From Antedon mediterranea (Eukaryota; Animalia; Echinodermata), in contig NC_092670.1 of the NCBI RefSeq assembly GCF_964355755.1, positions 5,756,201 to 5,820,200 of the forward strand: 64,000 nt of DNA. Direction: 5' to 3'. Made by a program: the position numbers and the translations under genes. The notes beneath the pieces are model-generated. The model worked only from the letters and a program-made list of their open reading frames with translations. It was not told the origin of the DNA and ran no database searches. Of the stretch, positions 27,396-41,100 are shown in pieces. How positions within the stretch are numbered: the first letter of the stretch is position 1; each line of letters opens with the position of its first letter.

Positions 27396-28957
27396 TTGGT
27401 TATCCGCAACGAAGTTGCAGGATAACCTCTTGTGATTGTACGAAATCATTCTGTATGATTTTTGTGTAACGCTTTTCTCTAAAACTCGCAAACATAACAT
27501 TTCGGTAACTATCTTAACATATTGACATTTACGTAACGTCGTCAAGCGAAGCTTTTCATGACGTTTACAATTGCGCAACGTGACTTACGCGCGATTTAAC
27601 GATTTTGTCGTATTTAACATAGCTCGACAACCAAATAACATTTCAACTTGAAACTTTGCAAAAGTTTAATTTATATCATGCGCTAACTTTCTGTTGAAAA
27701 AAAATTCCGTGTTTTACACAAAGTTACGCGCGCACGCGCATTTAAAATTTCAAAATGCGCAAAATTAATTTATAATCAACTTTCTACGCGTTTCATGTCG
27801 TTTTAAGCATGTCAAAAATTCCCACGCGTGCGCACATTTTTACGTGTGCGGTGCGCACGTAGCATTGAAAACGTATTTTTTTCGCGTGATTTATGTTTTT
27901 CCAGCCTTTTCTAGTAATTTTACAAAATGTTAAACAATTTCGACTTAAAGATACGTCATACGAGCACGTCGAATTGGACAATTTGCGCGCGTTTGTTATG
28001 AAAAGGTTAAAAAATTCGTTTAAAATATACCTTTTTTTAAACAGTCGTAATTTCTAAACTAGACGGTCAACTTTTTATGGATGGCATATTCTGGAAGTAG
28101 ATGAGTTGTAGATATCGGATCAGGTATTAATATGGCTAAGCGGACATTGTGACATCATCGTATGGCCACGCGAATATAAAATTTAGGATTTTTGTATCTT
28201 TCGTCATAGCTCATCACATTGAATAGAGCGCATCTCCACTTATCCGTTTTTCATTTTCACCCGGATTTTGATATTGTCTGAGTCAATCAACTATCTTTCG
28301 CATGAGTAAAAAATATTTAAATTTTTTTGACGTCATCATGCCTAAAAATTTAAATCACATGTGGCATCAATTTCATCATCATACAGTAAATTTTAATCTG
28401 TTATAGCTCGTAAGAATAAAATGTGATAATCACGATTAAAACTTTTTCTGGAAGCTATTGGATTGTAGATACGAAATTATGTAAAAATGTTGCCAATCGG
28501 AAGTTGTGACGTCATCATATGGCCAGTTAAATAAAAAAGGTCGTATTTTCATCTTTTGCGTCATAATTCATTACATTTAAAAGAGCGCGCATCAATATTT
28601 CACGTATTCACATTTCTTCTACACGCTAATACGTTGTTGCTGAGATAATTTCCTTTCGTAATTGCTACTTTCGCATTTCATTTTAAAACCGTCAACATGT
28701 TAAAAATTGCAATAAATAGCGGGTCCCGTAATTTCACCTATTCTACACTGTATGTGATATGGATACAGATTATACTGTGTATACTATATATGAATTTAAA
28801 TAATAAAATTCAGCTTAACAACATATATTCTTCAGTTCAGGTCATAATGCCAACGTGAACACTTCTTTTTGTCCTCAACCTATCCCCTTAATGTTAATGT
28901 TTCACCACTTGCGCGGCGGATAACCAAACTCGTCAAAGTGACGAGTTACATGTCTAG
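27396..28957 (+). mobile_element. Uninterrupted type-A element (head TTGGTTATCCGCAACGAAGTTGCAGGATAACC)
   Basis: 12-bp subTIRs TTGGTTATCCGC / GCGGATAACCAA; 3' hairpin plus CATGTCTAG. Other intact A copies at 33690-35293 and 50341-51935. Confidence 0.85.
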
Positions 28958-30583
28958 TTGGTTATCCGCAACGAAGTTGCAGGATAACCTCTTGTGATTG
29001 TACGAAATCATCATCATCATTGGTTATCCGCAACGAAGTTGCAGGATAACCTCTTGTGATTGTACGAAATCATTCTGTATGATTTTTGTGTAACGCTTTT
29101 CTCTAAAACTCGCAAACATAACATTTCGGTAACTATCTTAACATATTGACATTTACGTAACGTCGTCAAGCGAAGCTTTTCATGACGTTTACAATTGCGC
29201 AACGTGACTTACGCGCGATTTAACGATTTTGTCGTATTTAACATAGCTCGACAACCAAATAACATTTCAACTGGAAACTTTGCAAAAGTTTAATTTATAT
29301 CATGCGCTAACTTTCTGTTGAAAAAAAATTCCGTGTTTTACACAAAGTTACGCGCGCACGCGCATTTAAAATTTCAAAATGCGCAAAATTAATTTCTATT
29401 CAACTTTCTACGCGTTTCATGTCGTTTTAAGCATGTCAAAAATTCCCACGCGTGCGCACATTTTTACGTGTGCGGTGCACACGTGGCATTGAAAACGTAT
29501 TTTTTTCGCGTGATTTATGTTTTTCCAGCCTTTTCTAGTAATTTTACAAAATTTTAAACAATTTCGACTTAAAGATACGTCATACGAGCACGTCGAATTG
29601 AACAATTTGCGCGCGTTTCTTATGAAAAGGTTAAAAAATTCGTTTAAAATATGCCTTTTTTTAAACAGTCGTAATTTCTAAACTAGACGGTCAACTTTTT
29701 ATGGATGGCATATTCTGGAAGTAGATGAGTTTTAGATATCGGATCAGGTATTAATATGGCTAACCGGACATTGTGACGTCATCGTATGGCCACGCGAATA
29801 TAAAATTTAGGATTTTTGTATCTTTCGTCATAGCTCATCACATTGAATAGAGCGCATCTCCACTTATCCGTTTTTCATTTTCACCCCGATTTTGATATTG
29901 TCTGGATCAATCAACTATCTTTCGCATGAGTAAAAAATATTTTAATTTTTTTGACGTCATCATGCCTAAAAATTTAAATCACGTGTGGCATCAATTTCAT
30001 CTTTACAGTAAATTTTAATCTGTTATAGCTCGTAAGAATAAAATGTGATAATCAAGATTAAAACTTTTTCTGGAAGCTATTGGATTGTAGATACGAAATT
30101 ATGTAAAAATGTTGCCAATCGGATGTTGTAACGTCATCATATGGCCAGTTAAATAAAAAAGGCCGTATTTTCATCTTTTGCGTCATAATTAGATTTAAAA
30201 GAACGCGCATCAATATTTCACGTATTCAAATTTCTTCTACACGCTAATACGTTGTTGCTGAGATAATTTCCTTTCGGAATTGCTGCTACCTTCGCGTTTC
30301 ATTTTAAAACCGTCAACATGTTAAAATTGCAATAAATAGCGGGTCCCGTAATTTCACCTATTCTACACTGTATGTGATATGGATACAGATTATACTGTGT
30401 ATACTATATATGAATTTAAATAATAAAATTCAGCTTAACAACATATATTCTTCAGTTCAGGTCATAATGCCAACGTGAACACTTCCTTTTGTCCTCAACC
30501 TATCCCCTTAATGTTAATGTTTCACCACTTGCGCGGCGGATAACCAAACTCGTCAAAGTGACGAGTTACATGTCTAGTCTTTT

Positions 30584-32172
30584 TTAGTTATCCGCACTCA
30601 GCGGATAACTCCTTGTAACTGTCCTGTTTCATCATCTTTTTTTTTTTTCTGTATTATTCTTTCTTTCTGTCATTTTTGTGCAGAGCATATCTCAAAAACG
30701 TGTAAAGTTAACATTTCATAACTTTGTCAACATATGGGTATTCACCTGAAGTTGTGCTTTTCTATTTTTGAATGACGTCAGAATTGCACAACATGACTTA
30801 CGCGCATTTTAACGAATTTCGCGTATTTAACATACATCGAAAACCATATAACAATTTAAATTGAAACTTAACAAAAGTTTTAGTTATATCTTGCGCTAAC
30901 TGACTTTGTAAAAAAAATGGCATGTTTTACACGAAGTTACGCGCGCACGCGCGTTTAAAATTTCAAAACGCGAAAAATCAATTTCTAATCAACTTTCTAC
31001 GCGTTTCATGTCATTTTGAGCAGGTAAAAAATTCCCACGCGTGCGCATTTTTTTACGCGCGCCGTGCGCACGTAGCGTTGAAAACAATTTTTTTCACGTG
31101 ATTTATGTTTTTCCAGCCTTTTGTAGTAATTTTACCAACTTTTAAAAGATTTAGACTTAAAATTACGTCATACGGGCACGTCGAATTGGATAATTTACGT
31201 GGGTTTTTGATGAAAAAGGTAAAAAATTCGTTAAAATTTGTCAAAATTATGCCTTTTTTTAAACAGTCGTAATTTCTAAACTAGACGGTCAACTTTTTGT
31301 GGATGACATATTCTTGAAGTTGATGAGGTGTAGATATCGGATCATGTAATAATATGGCTAACCGGACATTGTGACGTCATCGTATGGCCACGCGAATATA
31401 AAATATAGGATTTTTGTATCTTTCATCATAGCGCATGACATTTAATAGAGCGCATCTCCAATTATCTGTTTTCCATTTTTACCCCGATTTTTATATTATC
31501 TAGGTCAATCCACTATCTTTCGTATGAGTTAAAAATATTTTAATTTTTATGACGTCATCATGTCTAAAAATGTAAATAACGTGAGTCACTTATTTTCGGC
31601 TTTACAGTAAATTTCAATCTGTTATAGCTCGTCAGAATAAAACGTGATAATCATGATTAAAACGTTTTCTGGAAGCTATTGGATTGTAGATACGAATTTA
31701 TGTAAACATTTTGCCAATCGGATGTTGTGACGTCATCATATGACCAGTTAAATAAAAAAAGTCGTATTTTCATCTTTTGCGTCATAATTCATCACATTTA
31801 AAAGAGCGCGCATCAATATTTTACGTATTTAAATTTCTTCTACACGTTAATATTTTGTTGCCGAGATAATTTCCTTCCGAAATTGCTATCTTAGTATTTC
31901 ATTTTGATACCGTCGCTATGTTAAAAATTGGATTAAATGGCGTGTCCAGTCATTTCACCTATTCTACACAGTATGTAATATGTATACAGATTATATTGTA
32001 TATATAATATGACACAAAATAACAGAATTCAGCAATAACAACATATCATATTCTTCAGATCAGGTCATATTGCCACAATCTTTTTCTGTGTGCAATATTC
32101 TAACGTATGACGTCTACGTGACCTTTGTCGTGCGGATAACTAACTCGTCAAAGTGACGAGTTACATGTCTAG
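30584..32172 (+). mobile_element. Uninterrupted type-C element (head TTAGTTATCCGCACTCAGCGGATAACT); near-identical copy at ~36907-38495
   Basis: Head, poly-T, body and ACTAA-type tail are contiguous. Confidence 0.8.
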
Positions 32173-35100
32173 TTCTTCTTTCTTTCTGTCATTTTTGTGC
32201 AGAGCGTATCTCTAAAACGTGTAAAGTTAACATTTTATAACTTTGTCAACATATGGGCAATCACGTGAAGTTGTGCTTTCCTATAATTGAATGACGTCAG
32301 AGTTGCGCAACATGACTTACGCGCGTTTTTATGAATTTCGCGTATTTAACATAGATCGAAAACCATATAACAATTTAAATTGAAACTTAGCAAAAGTCTA
32401 ATTTATATTGTGCGCTAACTTTTTGTGCACTAAAAATGGCATGTTTTACACGAAGTTACGCGCGCATGCGCGTTTAAAATTTTGCGATGCGAAAAATCAA
32501 TTTCTAATCAACTTTATACGCGTTTCATGTCAATTTGAGCATGTCAAAAATTCCCACACGTGCGCAAATTTTTACGCGCGTGGTGCACACGTAGCGTTAA
32601 AAACGTCATTTTTTCGAGTGATTTATGTTTTTCCAGCCTTTTCTAGTAATTTTACCAACTTTTAAATAATTTCGACTTCAAATTACGTCATACAAGCACG
32701 TAGAATATGATAATTTGCGCGCTTTTTTGATGAAAAACTTCAAAAATTCGTCAAAATTAAGGCTTTTTTTAAACAATCGTAGTTTCTAAACTAAACGGTA
32801 AAAATTATTTTTATTACATATTCTGGAAGTTGATGAGTTGTAGATATCAGATCATGCATTAATATGGCTAACCGGACATTGTGACGTCATCGTATGGCCA
32901 CGCGAATATGAAATTTAGGATTTTTGTATCTTTCGTCATAACTCCTCACATTTAATAGAGGGCATCTCCACTTATCCGTTTTCCATTTTCACCCCGATTT
33001 TGATATTGTCTAGGTCAATCAACTATCTTTAGCATGAGTTGAAAATATTTTAATTTTTATGACGTCATCATGCCTAAAAATTTAAATTACGTGTGGCATT
33101 AATTTCATCTTTACAGTAAATTTCAATCTGTTATAGCTCGTAAGAATAAAATGCGATAATCACGATTAAAACGTTTTCTTGAAGCTATTGGATTGTAGAT
33201 ACAAAATCATGTCAAAATTTTGCCAATCGGATGTGGTGACGTCATCATATGGCCAGTTAAATAAAAAAAGTCGTATTTTCATCTTTTGCGTCATAGTTCA
33301 TTACATTTAAAAGAGCGCGCATTAATATTTCACGCATTCAAATTTCTTCTACACGTTAATATGTTGTTGCTGAGATAATTTCCTTCCAAAATTGCTACCT
33401 TCGCGTTTCATTTTAAAACCATCAACATGTTAAAAATTGCAATAAATAGCGGGTCCCGTAATTTCCCCTATTCTACACTGTATGTGATATGTATACAGAT
33501 TACACTGTGTATACTATATATGAATCAAAATAATAGAATTCAGCAATAACAACATATCATAGTCTTCAGTTCAGGTCATAATGCCATAATCTTTTTCCGT
33601 GTGCAATATTCCAACGTATGGCGTGGACGTGGCGTTTGTCGTGCGGATAACTAACTCGTCAAAGTGACGAGTTTCATGTCTAGTCTTAATTGGTTATCCG
33701 CAACGAAGTTGCAGGATAACCTCTTGTGATTGTACGAAATCATCATCATCATCATCATCAACTTTTTATTCTTCTTCTTTCTTTCTGTATGATTTTTGTG
33801 TAACGCTTTTCTCTGAAACTTGCAAACATAACATTTTGTTAACTATGTTAACATTTTGACATTTATGTAACGTCGTCAAGCGAAGCTTTTCATGATGTTT
33901 ACAATTGCGCAACGTGACGTACGCGCGATTTAACGATTTTCTCGTATTTAACATATGTCGAAAACCAAATAACATTTCAACTTGAAACTTTGCAAAAGTT
34001 TAATTTATATCATGCGCTAACTTTCTGTTGAAAAAAAATTGCGTGTTTTACACAAAGTTACGCGCGCACGCGCATTTAAAATTTCAAAATGCGCGAAACT
34101 AATTTATAATCAACTTTCTACGCGTTTCATGTCGTTTTAAGCATGTAAAAAATTCCCACGCGTGCGCACATTTTTACGTGTGCGGTGCGCACGTAGCATT
34201 GAAAACGTATTTTTTTCGCGTGATTTATGTTTTTCCAGCCTTTTCATGTAATTTTACCAAATTTTTAACAATTTCGACTTAAAGATACGTCATACGAGCA
34301 CGTCGAATTGGACAATTTGCGCTCGTTTTTTATGAAAAGGTTAAAAAATTCGTTTAAAATATGCCTTTTTTTAAACAGTCGTAATTTCTAAACTAAACGG
34401 TCAACTTTTTGTGGATGGCATATTCTGGAAGTAGATGAGTTGTAGATATCGGATCAGGTATTAATATGGCTAACCGGACATTGTGACGTCATCGTATGGC
34501 CACGCGAATATAAAATTTAGGATTTTTGTATCTTTCGTCATAGCTCATCACATTGAATAGAGCGCATCTCCACTTATCCGTTTTCCATTTTCACCCCGAT
34601 TTTGATATTGTCTAGGTCAATCAACTATCTTTCGCATGAGTGAAAAATATTTTAATTTTTATGACGTCATCATGCCTAAAAATTGAAATCACGTGTGGCA
34701 TCAATTTCATCTTTACAGTAAATTTTAATCTGTTATAGCTCGTAAGAATAAAATGTGATAATCACGATTAAAACTTTTTCTGGAAGCTATTGGATTGTAG
34801 ATACGAAATTATGTTAAAATGTTGCCAATCGGATGTTGTGACGTCATCATATGGCCAGTTAAATAAAAAAGGTCGTATTTTCATCTTTTGCGTCATAATT
34901 CATTACATTTAAAAGAGCGCGCATCAATATTTCACGTATTCAAATTTCTTCTACACGCTAATACGTTGTTGCTGAGATAATTTACTTTCGGAATTGCTAC
35001 CTTCGCGTTTCATTTTAAAACCGTCAACATGTTAAAAATTGCAATAAATAGCGGGTCCCGTAATTTCACCTATTCTACACTGTATGTGATATGGATACAG

Positions 35101-38100
35101 ATTAGACTGTGTATACTATATATGAATTTAAATAATAAAATTCAGCAATAACAACATATCATATTCTTCAGTTCAGGTCATAATGCCAACGTGAACACTT
35201 CCTTTTGTCCTCAACCTATCCCCTTAATGTTAATGTTGCACCACTTGCGCGGCGGATAACCAAACTCGTCAAAGTGACGAGTTACATGTCTAGTCTTCTT
35301 TCTTTCTGTATGATTTTTGTGTAACGCTTTTCTCTAAAACTTGCAAACATAACATTTTGTTAACTATGTTAACATTTTGACATTTATGTAACGTCGTCAA
35401 GCGAAGCTTTTCATGATGTTTACAATCGCGCAACGTGACGTACGCGCGATTTAACGATTTTCTCGTATTTAACATATGTCGAAAACCAAATAACATTTTA
35501 AAGTGAAACTTTGCAAAAGTTTAATTTATATCATGCGCTAACCTTCTGTTGAAAAAAAATTGCGTGTTTTACACAAATTTACGCGCGCACGCGCATTTAA
35601 AATTTCAAAATGCGCAAAATTAATTTCTAATCAACTTTCTACGCGTTTCATGTCGGTTTAAGCATTTCAAAAATTCCCACGCATGCGCACATTTTTACGT
35701 GTGCGGAGCGCACGTAGCATTGAAAACGTATTTTTTTCGCGTGATTTATGTTTTTCCAGCCTTTTCTAGTAATTTTACCAAATTTTAAACAATTTTGACT
35801 TAAAGATACGTCATACGAGCACGTCGAATTGGACAATTTGCGCGCGTTTTTTATGAAAACGTTAAAAAATTCGTTTAAAATATGCCTTTTTTAAAACAGT
35901 CGTAATTTCTAAACTAAACGGTCAACTTTTTGTGGATGGCATTTTCTGGAAGTAGATGAGTTGTAGATATTGGATCAGGTATTAATATGGCTAACCGGAC
36001 ATTGTGATGTCATCGTATGGCCACGCAAATATAACATTTAGGATTTTGTATCTTTCGTCATAGCTCATCACATTGAATAGAGCGCATCTCCACTTATCCG
36101 TTTTCCATTTTCACCCCGATTTTGATATTGTCTAGGTCAATCAACTATCTTTCGCATGAGTTAAAAATATTTTAATTTTTTTTACGTCATCGTGCTTAAA
36201 AATTTAAATCACGTGTGGCATTAATTTCATCTTTACAGTAAATTTTAATCTGTTATAGCTCGTAAGAATAAAATGTGATAATCACGATTAAAACTTTTTC
36301 TGGAAGCTATTGGACTGTAGATACGAAATTATGTAAAAATGTTGCCAATCGGATGTTGTGACGTCATCATATGGCCAGTTAAATAAAAAAGGTCGTATTT
36401 TCATCTTTTGCGTCATAATTCATTACATTTAAACGAGCGCGCATCAATATTTCACGTATTCAAATTTCTTCTACATGCTAATACGTTGTTGCTGAGATAA
36501 TTTCGTTTCGGAATTGCTACCTTCGCGTTTCATTTTAAAACCGTCAACATGTTAAAAATTGCAATAAATAGCGGGTCCCGTAATTTCACCTATTCTACAC
36601 TGTATGTGATATGGATACAGATTATACTGTGTATACTACAGTATATATGAATTTAAACAATAAATTTCAGCAATAACAACATATCATATTCTTCAGTTCA
36701 GGTCATAATGCCAACGTGAACACTTCCTTTTGTCCTCAACCTATCCCCTTAATGTTAATGTTGCACCACTTGCGCGGCGGATAACCAAACTCGTCAAAGT
36801 GACGAGTTACATGTCTAGTCTTTTTCTTAATTGGTTATCCGCAACGAAGTTGCAGGATAACCTCTTGTGATTGTACGAAATCATCATCATCATCAACTTT
36901 TTATTTTTAGTTATCCGCACTCAGCGGATAACTCCTTGTAACTGTCCTGTTTCATCATCTTTTTTTTTTTTCTGTATTATTCTTTCTTTCTGTCATTTTT
37001 GTGCAGAGCATATCTCAAAAACGTGTAAAGTTAACATTTCATAACTTTGTCAACATATGTGTATTCACCTGAAGTTTTGCTTTTCTATTTTTGAATGACG
37101 TCAGAATTGCACAACATGACTTACGCGCGTTTTAACGAATTTCGCGTATTTAACATACATCGAAAACCATATAACAATTTAAATTGAAACTTATTAAAAG
37201 TTTTAGTTATATCTTGCGCTAACTGACTTTGTAAAAAAAATGGCATGTTTTACACGAAGTTACGCGCGCACGCGCGTTTAAAATTTCAAAACGCGAAAAA
37301 TCAATTTCTAATCAACTTTCTACGCGTTTCATGTCATTTTGAGCAGGTAAAAAATTCCTACGCGTGCGCATTTTTTTACGCGCGCCGTGCGCACGTAGCG
37401 TTGAAAACAATTTTTTTCACGTGATTTATGTTTTTCCAGCCTTTTGTAGTAATTTTACCAACTTTTAAACGATTTAGACTTAAAATTACGTCATACGGGC
37501 ACGTCGAATTGGATAATTTACGTGGGTTTTTGATGAAAAAGGTAAAAAATTCGTAAAAATTTGTCAAAATTATGCCTTTTTTTAAACAGTCGTAATTTCT
37601 AAACTGGACGGTCAACTTTTTGTGAATGACATATTCTTGAGGTTGATGAGGTGTAGATATCGGATCATGTAATAATTTGGCTAACCGGACATTGTGACGT
37701 CATCGTATGGCCACGCGAATATAAAATATAGGATTTTTGTATCTTTCATCATAGCGCATGACATTTAATAGAGCGCATCTCCAATTATCTGTTTTCCATT
37801 TTTACCCCGATTTTTATATTATCTAGGTCAATCAACTATCTTTCGTATGAGTTAAAAATATTTTAATTTTTATGACGTCATCATGTCTAAAAATGTAAAT
37901 AACGTGGGTCACTTATTTTCGTCTTTACAGTAAATTTCAATCTGTTATAGCTCGTCAGAATAAAACGTGATAATCATGATTAAAACGTTTTCTGGAAGCT
38001 ATTGGATTGTAGATACGAATTTATGTAAACATTTTGCCAATCGGATGTTGTGACGTCATCATATGACCAGTTAAATAAAAAAAGTCGTATTTTCATCTTT

Positions 38101-41100
38101 TGCGTCATAATTCATCACATTTAAAAGAGCGCGCATCAATATTTTACTTATTTAAATTTCTTCTACACATTAATATTTTGTTGCCGAGATAATTTCCTTC
38201 CGAAATTGCTATCTTAGTATTTCATTTTGATACCGTCGCTATGTTAAAAATTTGATTAAATGGCGTGTCCAGTCATTTCACCTATTCTACACAGTATGTA
38301 ATATGTATACAGATTATATTGTATATATAATATGACACAAAATAACAGAATTCAGCAATAACAACATATCATATTCTTCAGATCAGGTCATATTGCCACA
38401 ATCTTTTTCTGTGTGCAATATTCTAACGTATGACGTCTACGTGACCTTTGTCGTGCGGATAACTAACTCGTCAAAGTGACGAGTTACATGTCTAGTTCTT
38501 CTTTCTTTCTGTATGATTTTTGTGTAACGCTTTTCTCTGAAACTCGCAAACATAACATTTCGTTAACTATGTTATCATTTTGACATTTACGTAACGTCGT
38601 CATGCGAAGCTTTTCATGACGTTTACAATTGCGCAACGTGACGTACGCGCGATTTAACGATTTTCTCGTATTTAACATATGTCGAAAACCAAATAACATT
38701 TTAAAGTGAAACTTTGCAAAAGTTTAATTTATATCATGCGCTAACTTTCTGTTGAAAAAAAATTGCGTGTTTTACACAAAGTTACGCGCGCACGCGCATT
38801 TAAAATTTCAAATTGCGCAAAATTAATTTATAATCAACTTTCTACGCGTTTCATGTCGTTTTAAGCATGTCAAAAATTCCCACGCGTGCGCACATTTTTA
38901 CGTGTGCGGTGCGCACGTAGCATTGAAAACGTATTTTTTTCGCGTAATTTATGTTTTTCCAGCCTTTTCTAGTAATTTTACCAAATTTTAAACAATTTCG
39001 ACTTAAAGATACGTCATACGAGCACGTCGAATTGGACAATTTGCGCGCGTTTTTTATGAAAAGGTTAAACAATTCGTTTAAAATATGCCTTTTTTTAAAC
39101 AGTCGTAATTTCTAAACTAGACGGTCAACTTTTTGTGGATGACATATTCTGGAAGTAGATGAGTTGTAGATGTCGGATCAGGTATTAATATGGCTAACCG
39201 GACATTGTGACGTCATCGTATGGCCACGCGAATATAAAATTTAGGATTTTTGTATCTTTCGTCATAGCTCATCACATTGAATAGAGCGCATCTCCACTTA
39301 TCCGTTTTCCATTTTCACCCCGATTTTGATATTGTCTAGGTCAATCAACTATCTTTCGCATGAGTTAAAAATATTTTTATTTTTTTGACGTCGTCATGCC
39401 TAAAAATTTAAATCACGTGTGGCATCAATTTCATCTTTACAGTAAATTTTAATCTGTTATAGCTCGTAAGAATAAAATGTGATAATCACGATTAAAACTT
39501 TTTCTGGAAGCTATTGGATTGTAGATACGAAATTATGTAAAAATGTTGCCAATCGGATGTTGTGACGTCATCATATGGCCAGTTAAATAAAAAAGGTCGT
39601 ATTTTCATCTTTTGCGTCATAATTCATTACATTTAAAAGAGCGCGCATCAATATTTCACGTATTCAAATTTCTTCTACACGTTAATACGTTGTTGCTGAG
39701 ATAATTTTCTTTCGGAATTGCTACCTTAGCGTTTCATTTTAAAACCGTCAACATGTTAAAAATTGCAATAAATAGCGGGTCCCGTAATTTCACCTATTCT
39801 ACACTGTATGTGATATGGATACAGATTATACTGTGTATACTATATATGAATTTAAACAATAAAATTCAGCAATAACAACATATCATATTCTTCAGTTCAG
39901 GTCATAATGCCAACGTGAACACTTCCTTTTGTCCTCAACCTATCCCCTTAATGTTAATGTTGCACCACTTGCGCGGCGGATAACCAAACTCGTCAAAGTG
40001 ACGAGTTACATGTCTAGTCTTCTTTCTTTCTGTATGATTTTTGTGTAACGCTTTTCTCTAAAACTTGCAAACATAACATTTTGTTAACTATGTTAACATT
40101 TTGACATTTATGTAACGTCGTCAAGCGAAGCTTTTCATGATGTTTACAATCGCGCAACGTGACGTACGCGCGATTTAACGATTTTCTCGTATTTAACATA
40201 TGTCGAAAACCAAATAACATTTTAAAGTGAAACTTTGCAAAAGTTTAATTTATATCATGCGCTAACCTTCTGTTGAAAAAAAATTGCGTGTTTTACACAA
40301 AGTTACGCGCGCACGCGCATTTAAAATTTCAAAATGCGCAAAATTAATTTCTAATCAACTTTCTACGCGTTTCATGTCGGTTTAAGCATGTCAAAAATTC
40401 CCACGCATGCGCACATTTTTACGTGTGCGGAGCGCACGTAGCATTGAAAACGTATTTTTTTCGCGTGATTTATGTTTTTCCAGCCTTTTCTAGTAATTTT
40501 ACCAAATTTTAAACAATTTTGACTTAAAGATACGTCATACGAGCACGTCGAATTGGACAATTTGCGCGCGTTTTTTATGAAAACGTTAAAAAATTCGTTT
40601 AAAATATGCCTTTTTTAAAACAGTCGTAATTTCTAAACTAAACGGTCAACTTTTTGTGGATGGCATTTTCTGGAAGTAGATGAGTTGTAGATATTGGATC
40701 AGGTATTAATATGGCTAACCGGACATTGTGATGTCATCGTATGGCCACGCAAATATAACATTTAGGATTTTGTATCTTTCGTCATAGCTCATCACATTGA
40801 ATAGAGCGCATCTCCACTTATCCGTTTTCCATTTTCACCCCGATTTTGATATTGTCTAGGTCAATCAACTATCTTTCGCATGAGTTAAAAATATTTTAAT
40901 TTTTTTTACGTCATCGTGCTTAAAAATTTAAATCACGTGTGGCATTAATTTCATCTTTACAGTAAATTTTAATCTGTTATAGCTCGTAAGAATAAAATGT
41001 GATAATCACGATTAAAACTTTTTCTGGAAGCTATTGGACTGTAGATACGAAATTATGTAAAAATGTTGCCAATCGGATGTTGTGACGTCATCATATGGCC